Of a stretch of 64,000 bases of DNA, positions 1 through 11,336 are shown in pieces (the first letter of the stretch is position 1; every line of letters starts with the position of its first letter). The DNA is from Paraspadella gotoi (lineage: Eukaryota; Animalia; Chaetognatha), in NCBI GenBank assembly GCA_051294375.1, contig CM119264.1:5935621-5999620 (forward strand), given 5' to 3'. Position numbers and translations under genes: made by a program. Below the pieces are notes generated by a model that was not told where the DNA came from, ran no database searches, and worked only from the letters and a program-made list of their open reading frames with translations.

Positions 1-2225
1 ATATTAGAGAATCTGCAATTGGTACCAACTGAAACTCAAAAAAAGTAAAAAAAATATTTAGTATTCCTACTCAGTGACTCAGTATGCCTCTATTAAATCT
101 TTTTTCATTTCTGAATTCATTTCAATATATTAATGTCAATTGCTGAGAAGTCCAAAGTTCTTGTTCAGGTCTATTATGACTTGATCAATGGTCATTTTAA
201 CGTCTGTGATGATGAAATTTCGTTTTCTTTTGTTCCTGGATACAAATTTTAAGGGTTTTACGAATTTTCTTCAATTTTAATGGTTCATCTAAGACTGGAC
301 AAAATGCCAAAAAGAAGAACCTGGATAAACTGCAAAGCATTTTCTAATTTACATAATTTAAATTAAGACCTAAAGATTCAACAAAAACGCGACAAAAAAA
401 ATTATTAAAAAAACATTTTATCGGTTAAAAAAACGCAGCGATACGATATAGAAAATTATTATCATTACGTTTTCATTTTGGTGAAAATTTTCACAGCTCC
501 GCAAAAATTCAGAAACTCATCTCCTAAAACGAGACAGTTCTATGCTCCGGCAACGGTTCAAGCACGACCAATTGTCAGAGATCAATGATCTCAAATGCAT
601 TTAAAACGAAAAAAGTTAATGCTTTTAACTCTGATATTAAATCATATCTGCATAGAAAATGAGTCAGGAGGAAATGATTATGAACGTGATGTCCTCTTCC
701 AATGATCTCGTCTTCATCTAAAACAAACGCGTTCTATTTTCGATAAAAAATATAACTTATTAAATCTAATATGTATAGAAAATAGATTTTTTGAAGTTAA
801 AAAAATAGAGAATTTCTCTAAAGGGGGTCTTGGCGTTTCGTCGTAACAAAATACTTGCTTACTGCTTAATAACGAAAAAGAAGAAATTTTTTTTTTATCC
901 AAGAATATATTGTTAAGAAATTCACTCTGAAAGGAATAAAGTATAAACGAACAAGACCGCCACAGGATTAAGAAAAACTGAGTATTTTTTTTACTTTTAG
1001 CACCAGTTCAACGCCAACAATCTACAGTAAATAGTGAACTATTTCTTTACAATAGATTTGTGAAAAAGTTAAACTATTTGCAGTATTCATCTTGGTTTCA
1101 TTTTTAGGCTTACAGTTGGTAAAACAAGCATTATCTGGGTAATCCTTTGTTAACTAATTAATTTTAAGCCCGTTCGTAAAATTAATCCCTCGCAGTGACT
1201 AAATTACTTAAATGTAGCGCTGGAAATAAAAATGAAATAAAATAAAATCTCGAAAGGCTTATTCTTATGTACTATACGTAGTCGCAATGATTGACAGCGA
1301 ATTGGTAAAGATGAATTGACAAAAGGACATTTAACTGCAACATCAATGGGCTAAAGCTAAATTTATTCCTCCTTCAAAATTTATCACTGTTTTCTGTCTA
1401 TCAAGGCCAGGCACGTCTTGCGTAGCTGATCCACTGGGCCTGCCACCAGGGTAAAACTTATAAGGCGAGAAAAGCGAATTTCAAAAACGCTGGCAAAATA
1501 AGTCAACAAAATCTAGACCAAAAGCCGCAAAACATTAATAAAGGCAGCTTAGAAATTAGTCCCAATAATAACCGATGGGAGAGTGGGGCGAATTCAGTGG
1601 AAAAGCATTTTTTATTCAAATATTAAAACAGGGCAGTTCCGTAAATCCAAAAGCCATTCTTTCAGAAATTAAGATAATTGTGATCTAATTTTCATATTTT
1701 AATTTACCGAATTTAATTTACAATATTACTGTGAAATAGTAAAAATTAAAAATGTTATTACGCCATTATTAAGTTGCAACAGCTAGACCTCTGGTGACAC
1801 ACGGTGAGAAATACAATACACTATAAGCACAATGCTTATAATATGTAAGGAGAGTAGAAGTTATGTAGGTTAATGATTAGCTCAAAAAAAATTCTTTTCC
1901 CAGAGGGTAATTGGTGAGGCGAGGAATTTCCCAAAAATCTTAAGATTGCCGGCGTTGCTTTCAGAAAAGACAAAAAACGGAGTCATTGAAAGAAGAAACC
2001 TCTTTTCTCACAATTGAAAAGAAAAATTATAGAATAAGGCCCGTTTATATTTCGTTAGTCAAAACATTCACAATTTTTTAACAATCACTCTCTCCTTAAA
2101 TTGTGATATAGGCGACAACAAAATGACAACTTTATGATCAGCCTTAATTTAAAACTACAAAGACTTACTTAATAATCCTTAAAATTTTACTATCTGCTTT
2201 GTAAATTTTACATAACTACAATTAT

Positions 2226-2269
<44 letters not shown>

Positions 2270-2627
2270 AACCAAAAACAAAAACGTTTAATAATAAAGT
2301 GATGAATTTTAAAAAAGGAAACGTTTTGTAACGACTTCATGAGACGCAAAGGACGTCACTGTTTCGAGAGAATTAACAAAACTGAATTCGAGTAACTAAA
2401 TACTACTATCTTGACTCGTCGAAAAAAAACCTATTGTAGCTAGAATACAATATCATCGACAAAAAGACGAGAAGCCACACACGTTGGTTTCTCTCCGCTC
2501 ATCATCACAAAAAAAGTTTCGGATTCTTTTAAACTTTAAACTACGACGACCGACGAAGCAGGATGATTTTTAATTGCGAGTTTTTAGTTTTGTTTTTGTT
2601 TTTTTTTTATGTCTTCATTTGGTAGAC

Positions 2628-5600
2628 TTAATCGCTTTCCGAATGTTCGTGAACCTTCAACACCTGAAACAGAATAGAAATCAGTCATTTTCGTACTAAC
2701 TGATATCTATTTCAACAATACGCCTTACCTTTCCCATGGCGATCGTCTTGCCTTCGTCCCTCAAAGTGAATCTCCCCATCTGCGGAAAATCCTTGAAGGC
2801 TTCGATGCAGATGACGCCGCCCGAGACTTCGAACTATAGGAGGAGATTTCAAAGGGTAAGTCCATCTTCTTGGAACACTGTCTCGGCAAGCTCATCTGAT
2901 CACACTGAAAAGTTTCACCTGTACATTGGCTACGCTGCCTTGCTTGATAAAGCGCGGACGAACTTTTCCTTTCTCCACTTTTTCGCCTTAGGGAAATAAG
3001 GGAAACAATTAAGGGTAAATATTAACATTAAAAGCCTGAGTACTAACGACTGGCTCACCCGTCTTGGGATCGATTGTTGAAACCAAGGCTCGAATCTCCA
3101 CCTCCTCCGCGGCCGCGTTGATGTGCATCACCGCCTTGAAACCCGAGCAGATGATCGACTTGTACTCAAGAATCCGAACCTGAAAATTCATTAATTCATT
3201 CAATGGAGTTGAAAATTTAGTAATAATAAATAAATGTAATGCTCTTCAAAAAGTAGTACAGGAAACTACAGAAACCAGAGCGTTAGTTTAAAATAAAATT
3301 ACTCACCTGCGCGACGAATCGATTGCCGACTTTACAGGGATCCTTCGGATCACAAAGAACGAATCCAGGTGACACATCTTCCTCTTCTATGTTCTTCAAT
3401 TTCAACTTGACGTTGTCGCCCGCTACAGCGCTGTCCGTCTGGAATCATATATTTAATCATTAAATTGATCCGTTAATAGTCAAAGCGAGAGTTGTCACAA
3501 TTAAAGCGACAGTTACCAAAAACTCACCTCCTCCTCATCAGACCAAATCTGCATGACTTCAACGCTGGCTTTGTTGGGCATCATGAGGATCGTTTGTCCC
3601 TTTTCCAAAGAACCAGATTCGATCTTCCCCATCACAATAGTCCCCATGTCCCGGTATCTACAACGAAACAAAATAAAAAAACTGGTTAGAGACAAATTAT
3701 GACAACTTTAGTTGGAAAAAAATTCAGGGATTATAAGAAAAAGGGGTAAAGTAGAAATTTTCCCTTAGATCACCTGTCGATAATGGGCATTCTCAGAGAC
3801 TTGTCCATCCCCATCCTTTCAACGGCGGGCAAGTTGTCCAAATACTCGAGGAGGCACGGGCCGGAATACCAGTTACAGAACTTAGGCCCAGGAGGTTCTT
3901 TGAGAAAGGCTCCCGTTAGACCTTGTGGAAAACGAAGAGAAACGAAAGAACGTAGAGAAACGAAAATAGTTTTCGGTAAAAAACATAGCCAAGACTTAAA
4001 AAGTAATAATCAAAACTCCGGCAACTAACAACTCACCAGAACAAGGGATGAATTGTACATCACGTTTCGGATTGAAGCCGCACTTTTTCAAAAACGGCGT
4101 AAGCTGATCTTTCACTTCATCATATCGGGACTAAAAGTCAGACATTCGAATTAATTGCACGGTAAAATTAATAACGTTAATAAAATAAACCGAATGCAAG
4201 AACGAAAAAAGAGTTGCGTTTTTTTTTTACCTGATCCCATTCCACAGTGGGGTCATCCATCTTGTTGATCAAAACGACCAGCTTGTTGACTCCCGCGGTT
4301 TTAGCAAGCATAGTGTGCTCCTTAGTTTGACCCCCGCGCTCAAAACCAGTTTCGAACTCGCCCCGCCTGTTCGAGAAGGTAAACAAAGAGCTTATTGCAG
4401 TTCTTGAAATAAGCGAGAAAAGATAACGGGTGTTTTCCCTCACCTGGCGGAAATGACGAGGACGGCGACGTCGGCCTGCGCCGTTCCCGCGATCATATTG
4501 GGGACGAAACTCTTGTGACCCGGAGCGTCGAGGATCGTGAAATGCTTCTTTTCCGTTTGGAAGAACGCGCGGCCGCACTCCACCTGGAGGTCGCGAAAGG
4601 GAACACGATAATGACGAAAGACGCAGTAGTAACTAAAAAGCTAATCCAATCAAGTTGACCAACCGTTTTCCCCTTGTCCCGTTCCTCTTGATTCGTGTCC
4701 AGCGCCCAGGACAAGTACCAAGTTTCTCGATTCTTCTCTTTGGCTTCACGTTCGTACTTTTCCAGCGTCCGTTTGTCCACCATTCCCGTGAGGAACATAA
4801 TGTGGCCGCCAATTGTAGATTTCCCTGAAAGAAGGTGGCAAGAGTTAGAAAAGAGTAGAATATAAGAAAATAGACGATCATCACTGACCAGCATCGACGT
4901 GACCGATGAAGATGACGTTGAGGTGATCCATCCTCGGTCCCTCCGACTTTTTCCTCTCCTTTTCCTTTTTTCTCTCCATCTTCACCTTCTTCGATGAGTC
5001 GTCCTCTTCGTCGTCCTGGCGAAGATAAGATTCGTTTGTACTACATTTTGAAATACTACACATATATTAGTTGTACCAATTTTATATGTTTATGCAATAA
5101 AACTACTCGACTAAAAAACCAAATTACTTTCGCTGATTTTATTCGCCTAAAAAACTGAAAAAAAAATACGAACAAAATTTCCCAACGAGTCGCCAACTGG
5201 AATAAAAAGAAACCCGGTTGCCAGTCGCTCACGCTCCCGGTCTCGAGCAAAAATGTTTTGGCTTTTTAATTAAGAAAAAAATAACCGGAAGCAAAAAATG
5301 ACCGAAAGGAAAATAAAAAGATCAATTGTGGAAAACAAACATTTTTTAAAACTTTTTATTAATTACTGCAACGAAGAGTAAAAGAAAAGTAAATTTGCAC
5401 TGATACACAAAAAATATGTACATATATGAATAAAAAAATGTTAAAAGCATAAGGATCGTCGCAATCGCATAAGAAAAATCTGGATTGACGACAAATTTTG
5501 ATACTAAAAAAATCAAATTTGAGAAAAAGAAAAAAAAATTATAAACAAAGAAAAATTATATTTTGCGATTTGAGAAAAAAAAATTTATAAACAGAAAGTA

Positions 5601-7453
5601 CCAAGAAAAATTAAAGTTACAGTTTCTGAAAACAAAAAAAAATTCATTGTCAAAAAGTAAACTGATCAGTAAACGCAGCCCCTGAAAAAAAAACGTAATA
5701 AAAACCCGATGTTGCGATACAAAATGATAACATGCATGAATGCGATGCCTAATTTTACGAGTTCAATCCTAATTCAATTTTTTTTTGTAATAAAAATGCA
5801 GAGAAAGAGAGAAAAAAAGAAAAATCAAAAGGCAGCAGCAGAAAAGATAAAAAAAGAAAGTGCCCCTGCAGAGCCAGCTGCAGAGAAAGAAATCAAAATG
5901 CAGCAGCAGAAGCAGCAGGAGAAAAGAAAGAAAAGAAAGTGCCCCTGCAGAGTCAGCTGGAGAGAAAGAAATCAAAATGCAGCAGCAGAAGCAGCAGGAG
6001 AAAAGAGATAAAAAGAATAAGCCCCTGCAGAGCCAACTGCAGACTCGTTTTTTTCCCTTTGTCTATGAATCAGTGACTAGGAAAAAGAGAGAGGGAGAGA
6101 GACATGTAATTAAAAGAGAAAAGAGAGAGAGAAAGAAATATAAATAAAAGAGAAAATTTGTTTGTTTTGATAAAACGTAAACAAAACATATTTAATAACT
6201 GTCCAGACTCAATTTTAAGCAAATCGATGATGAGAAGTTGTATATAAATTTTCAGCTTCATACACCAAATTTAATCATAAAAAAGGTGATCTATAATTTG
6301 GAACGCCGCCGCCGACAACGACGACGACAACGACGCCACTTATGCGCAAAAGCGTTACAATATCGTCGGAAACGCTAAGCGATTGCGACGATAAAAAGTA
6401 AAGAGTCGGGACACTGACTTGATTCTCAGAAACGGCGCCCGATCCGGCGCCAGAACCGGCGCCCTCCTCCTCCCAACTCTCCGGTGCGAGAGGCGTGGGG
6501 CGAGCGACGTCGCCCGTGGGTGAGACGGCGGAAGATGAGGAGGCGGAGGAGTCGGTGACGCAGACGGCGTCATCTGAGAAGCGGATGAAGGAGATGAATA
6601 AAGCGAAAGAGTAAAAAGTCAAAATCCGTCCAGGACCCACCGTTTCGGCTGACGTCGCCGTTGAGTTCGAAATTGTGGTCCGGTCGCGTCGTCGCCGGAG
6701 TTGGCTGAGACGCGTCGCCGCCGCTTGCCGTTGCTGCTGATGGAAGAAGAATTTAGGTACAACCTTTTTTTTTCTCAATTGTCTGATTATGTAGGCATTA
6801 AAGAAATTATCGAATCAAACATACTATACATTGTATATAGAGGATGTGCGGTTTACATATTATATAATATATACTATATATGTAAACTTACCCGCTCGGG
6901 TATTTTCTGACTGTAGAGTAGACGGTCCATTGTGAGCGGGAGAATTGGCGGTATCTCGAGACTCTGGATGACTTGGCGGGGACGACGACGACGACGAAGA
7001 AGACGGGGCTTGGCGGTTCGGAGAGGATCGAGGCGGGATCCCGGACATCAGATTTGGAGGAGGTTGATTAGGAGCAGGCGGTGGCATGTGATTCGGCCGA
7101 TGAACCGGCGAGATACCTTGAGAAAGCAGGATGTACTTAAAATGCGAGGAATGGGACGAAAATATCGCTACAAACAGAAAACAGACCTGGGGGTGTGTTG
7201 GCTGCAAACAAAGGCACGAACGCGGGAGCGTTTGCATTAAACGTGAAGGCAGGAGCGTTGGGGTTGAGGCCGCCGCCGCCGGCAGCCCTCGGTCCGCTGC
7301 TGCAAGGTGATGAGAAGAAAAATAAACCTTTTCTATATTTTACATTTCCGATGAATATTAACCTCACTATTCTTGTCGCCACCTGTGAAAGGGAGATGCC
7401 GTGCCGGAACCGGCGGAGCTGTCATCGTCCCAATTGTCGGGCGTGTGATTCAT
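2628..7453 (-). CDS. GSPT1: Eukaryotic peptide chain release factor 3 (eRF3/GSPT), multi-exon
   Basis: Spliced exons give [11 protein letters not shown]..., tandem PAM2-like [20 protein letters not shown]-domain [28 protein letters not shown], and C-terminal [15 protein letters not shown]|[14 protein letters not shown] at 7453, TAA at 2628-2630; GT-AG introns. Confidence 0.96.
5860..6045. repeat. Intronic tandem repeat of about 80 bp, purine/CAG-rich
   Basis: GCCCCTGCAGAG..AGCTG..GAGAAAGAAATCAAAATGCAGCAGCAGAAGCAGCAGGAGAAAAG occurs twice plus a partial third copy inside an eRF3 intron. CTGCAGAGC also occurs in the dispersed repeat at about 10875 and 51905. Confidence 0.8.
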
Positions 7454-7739
7454 CGTCGCTCGTTTGGAAGAATTTGTCTTTTTGCTGTGCGAAAACGCGA
7501 AGGCAAAGTCTCTGCCCCCAAAATCGGCTCCTCGAGTCGATTGCACGAAAAAAAAATCTCGAGGTGTAAACTCAGGAGCAGTTGGATCGCATTTAGCGGC
7601 GCGAATGATTCTAATTACGAATAGAAGCTGGATGGCTGGAAATGCATGGCAAAGACAACAACCAATTAAATATGTAAATGTTTGAAAACATTAAAAGCAA
7701 CGGTCTTGAGTAATACAAAATGAATTCAACCCCGGGTCT

Positions 7740-9559
7740 CTACGTAAGGACTTCGGCGACCGCGAAAGAATGACCAAAACCCGCGCCGATTTTGACCCAT
7801 CGAATTAATGAAGGTTTGATTGGCTTTCGTTCGTCACCTTCTCCGGCTTTATCTTCGACGTTAAACCAATTAACTCTACAGGGAGCGATGCGGTTCTCCT
7901 CGTCTCCGGCGCCGCACATTCCGTGCTCGTTCCAACCGAAGGAAAAGAGACTCCCTCGGGCCGTGAGGACCATCGAGTGTTCGGAGCCGCATTGAACTCG
8001 CGTCGCGAAGTCTCCGCCCGAATTCTCATCGCCGGGAAGCTGGACACGCGTCGGACGAGGATCGAAGTCGCCGGTGGAATTTCTCCCGAGTTGACCATAA
8101 CAGTTGCGACCCCAACTGATAATAAAGAAAGTGCTTTTTTCGAAATGAAAAAATGAAATCCAGGAATGAAAATAATCAACCTATAAATCTCCCCTTTGCT
8201 CGTCCTGAGCAAAAGGTGCGTCCAGCCCGACGAAACTTCCTCAACGTCGCCGAACGGGCAACCAGAGAGGATCGTTGGCTCCTCGGCTAACGCAGTGCGT
8301 CCAGGATCGAGCCCGAGTTGCCCGAATCTATTGCAGCCCCAAAGAACCACCAGCGCGCGTCGCCTGACTCCCGAGGCCGGCAAGAGCAGCCCAGAGTGAA
8401 AGCTTCCGGCAAAGAGTCGAGCCTCGGCCGAGACAGTCGCGGAAGAGTCTTCGGCGGCGAGGGCAGCGTCAACGACGTCCCGAACGCAACGAAACCCAAA
8501 GGCTTTTGCCGGCCGCCGCTCCGCCTCATCGGCGCCGCGTCCGAGTTGGCCGCGCCGACCGGCGCCGCACATCATAACGCAACCGGGACTGGTCACGACG
8601 AGAGAGTGGCGCAACCCAGCGGCGACGCTAACGACTTTTTCGATGGAACTCGATGTGCCAGAATGACGCTGGCATTGTGGAGTGACGTCGATCGGGCGAT
8701 CGGCCAATGAGATGCTGGAGGCGACGCCAAGTTGCCCAAAGGCGTTCGATCCGAAGGCGAATAACTTGCCGTCAACTGAAAATTTTTTCCCCTTCGTTAT
8801 GACCAATCAGTCAATTATTTTTTATCCTTGTTATGATTTCTTCCTTTACCCGAGACGGCAAGCGTGTGATCCCAACCGCAAGCGACGCTCACGATTTTCT
8901 GGCGGAAATTGGTTGTCGACAGCGAGAGGAAATTAGCGAGAGACTTCAAGGTCGTGGAATCCGACTCCACTGCCGCGACATATTCATCCGGCGTCTCTCG
9001 CTCCCCAGATTCTTCGGTTCGCGGAGTCGCCGCGTCTCCGGCAGAAGCGCCGGACTCAGAGGGAGTCGAACGCCTCCTCGACGATTCGCATCGGCTGCGT
9101 TGACGTTGTCTGGGCGATCAAGATCAAGTCGATCAGGCGGAGCGATGGTTACTTTAGGTACTACATGCTAGTCGATTCTAATATTTAGATTATAGTTCAA
9201 GCTTCTAACCATTTCAACTAAACTTGACGCGAACTCACCTTTTCTCGCTTTGACCCAATCCTAACTGGCCTCTGTCATTGAGACCGCACATCGCCAATGA
9301 GCCGTCGACGAGGATGACGAATGAGTGACCGCCTCCGCCACCAATCTCTGCCGCCGACGAGAGGCTACCGTTGGCGTCGTGCAGTCGGAACCGCTCCGGC
9401 GCCAGAACATCGTCGGTGTGAGCCTGGCCTAGTTGACCGTAACTGTTCGCCCCCTTGATTCGACGGGGATCACGTCAAGTCAAGAATTGGGCGAGCGCGC
9501 TTATGGAAGCGAATTCGAATCACACAACTCACCCAACTTAGGAAAATCTGTCCAGACAT
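7740..9559 (-). CDS. SERGEF: RCC1-repeat protein, secretion-regulating guanine nucleotide exchange factor (DelGEF)-like, multi-exon
   Basis: Exon 1 MSGQIFLSW spliced to GANSYGQLGQAHTDDVL (SERGEF-type N-terminus). Several RCC1 repeats follow (GGGGHSF, ACGWDHTL, AAGLRHSL, SSGWTHLL, GAGFGHSF). Stop at 7740-7742. Confidence 0.85.
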
Positions 9560-9834
9560 TTTTCTCTCCGTTTTTCTCCCCAGACTTGACCATAGCAAGA
9601 AAGTTTAATATTAAACTTATCCTAAATAAAAGCGAATAAAAAAGGACAAAAATAAAGCGGCGAAAAAAAAATAAAATCTTGACTATGATATGCAAAATGC
9701 TATATCGGTTTTAGGCGGGCAAGCCCCGAACTCCAAAAGCATAAATATTTTAAAGCAACTATTTAAGTGTAAGCACAAAATCGATATTATATTTTAGTAA
9801 TGCTTCAGAAACCTAGAATAAATTAAAAATCTTA

Positions 9835-11030
9835 AAAGTATCGTGATCTCGCCAGACGTTACTATCAAAGAAAATTAATGAAAACATCCGAAAAAAGACG
9901 AATGATTGATGAGATAACGAATTATAGATGTAATAGTAATTGATTGATTGATAAAATAGTAATTAATTGATGATATAATAGTAATTTAATTGATGTAATA
10001 ATAATTGATTAATTGATATAATAATAATTGAGTATAATAATAATTAATTGATATAATAATAATTTATTAATACAATGATAACCAATTATTGATGCAATGA
10101 TAACCAATTATTGATGCAATGATAACAAATGATTGATACAATGATACCATTAATGATACAATGATAATCATTCATTGATGCGATGATAGTCATTCATTGA
10201 TGCGATGATAGTCATTCATTGATGCGATGATAGTCATTCATTGATGCGATGATAATCATTATGATGCGATGATATCATTCATTGATGCGATGATAGTCAT
10301 TCATGATGCGATGATAGTCATTCATTGATGCGATGATAGTCATTCATTGATGCGATGATAGTCATTCATTGATGCGTATGTCATTATGATGCGATGATAG
10401 TCATTCATTGATGCGATGATAGTCATTCATGATGCGATGATAGTCATTCATGATGCGATGATAGTCATTCATTGATGCGATGATAATCATTCATTGATGC
10501 GATATATCATTCATTGACGCGATGATAGTCATTCATTGACGCGATGATATCATCATTGACGCGATGATAGTCATTCATTGACGCGATATGTCATCTTGAC
10601 GCGATGATAGTCATTAGCATATGTCATCATTGACGATGATAGTCATTCATTGACGCGATGATAGTCATTCATTGACGCGATGATATTCATTTATTGATGC
10701 GCGATAGTCATTCAGTTGCACGATAAGCATTCGTTGACACGATAAGCATTCGTTGACACGATAAGCATTCGTTGACGCGATGAGTCATTCATTGTAAATA
10801 AAATATGCGTGTATGAGTGAGAGAGAGAGGAAAATGAGAGAGAAAAAAAAGGAGAGAGAGAGAGAGAAGCTGGACAGCCGCTGCAGAGCTTATTAGAAGC
10901 TATATCTAAATTTTTAGCTTCCGATAGTTACACACTTTTACAATTTCCAGTGGTAAAAAAGCGTGACAACGATGATAACGGTCACAAAGAAGCAGAAACG
11001 ATCCAACATCACGCCATGACGGCCTTAGGC
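9835..11030. mobile_element. Dispersed modular repeat (DINE-1/Helentron-associated-like) containing a minisatellite
   Basis: Terminus AAGTAT..GTGATCTCGCCAGACGTTACTATCAAAGAAAATTAAT recurs at about 51095 and 59625. The module TTTAGCTTCC.AT.GTTACACACTTTTACAATTTCCA.TGGTAAAAAAGCGTGA recurs at about 52995, 60680 and 52110. Superfamily assignment is inference. Confidence 0.7.
10070..10795. repeat. 22-bp minisatellite array (ATAGTCATTCATTGATGCGATG)n
   Basis: Directly visible tandem units with sequence variants changing along the array. Confidence 0.95.
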
Positions 11031-11336
11031 GACTGTGAGATAAAAACATGGAACTCGTATGTTATTTGTAATGAATATTGAAACAAAGTATACTGCGGAT
11101 TAGTCTTAGTAATAAATTATTCCTTTCAACTAAAATAACGAAATTCAATGCCTTGAAATAAAAATAAAACTAATCAAAATTATTATGGTTTAGATTTAAG
11201 GAATGTTTTAATGGGCTTGTCCATGAAGTTGTTATCACTCAACATTTATTATGAACATAAAAATTCATATTAGGAACTCAATTTCGGAAACTTTTGCGGG
11301 GAAAAGTTCATTTAATTTTAGTCTTTTAATGACGGC

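Noticed and set aside
1405-1480. GC-rich hairpin GGCCAGGC...GCCTGCC followed by GCGAAT, reminiscent of an HDV-like ribozyme
   Set aside because: I could not assign P2, P3 and P1.1 pairings; only an imperfect hairpin is supported.
1781-1800. Second CTCF-like motif (TCACCAGAGGTC on the minus strand)
   Set aside because: It deviates at several core positions; too weak to call.
5709-6147. Plus-strand Lys/Gln/Glu-rich ORFs (100 and 95 aa)
   Set aside because: They are translations of the intronic purine-rich tandem repeat, with no domain or splice support.
10070-10795. Regular repeat array superficially like a CRISPR array
   Set aside because: Units are head-to-tail with no unique spacers, there are no cas genes, and the context is eukaryotic.
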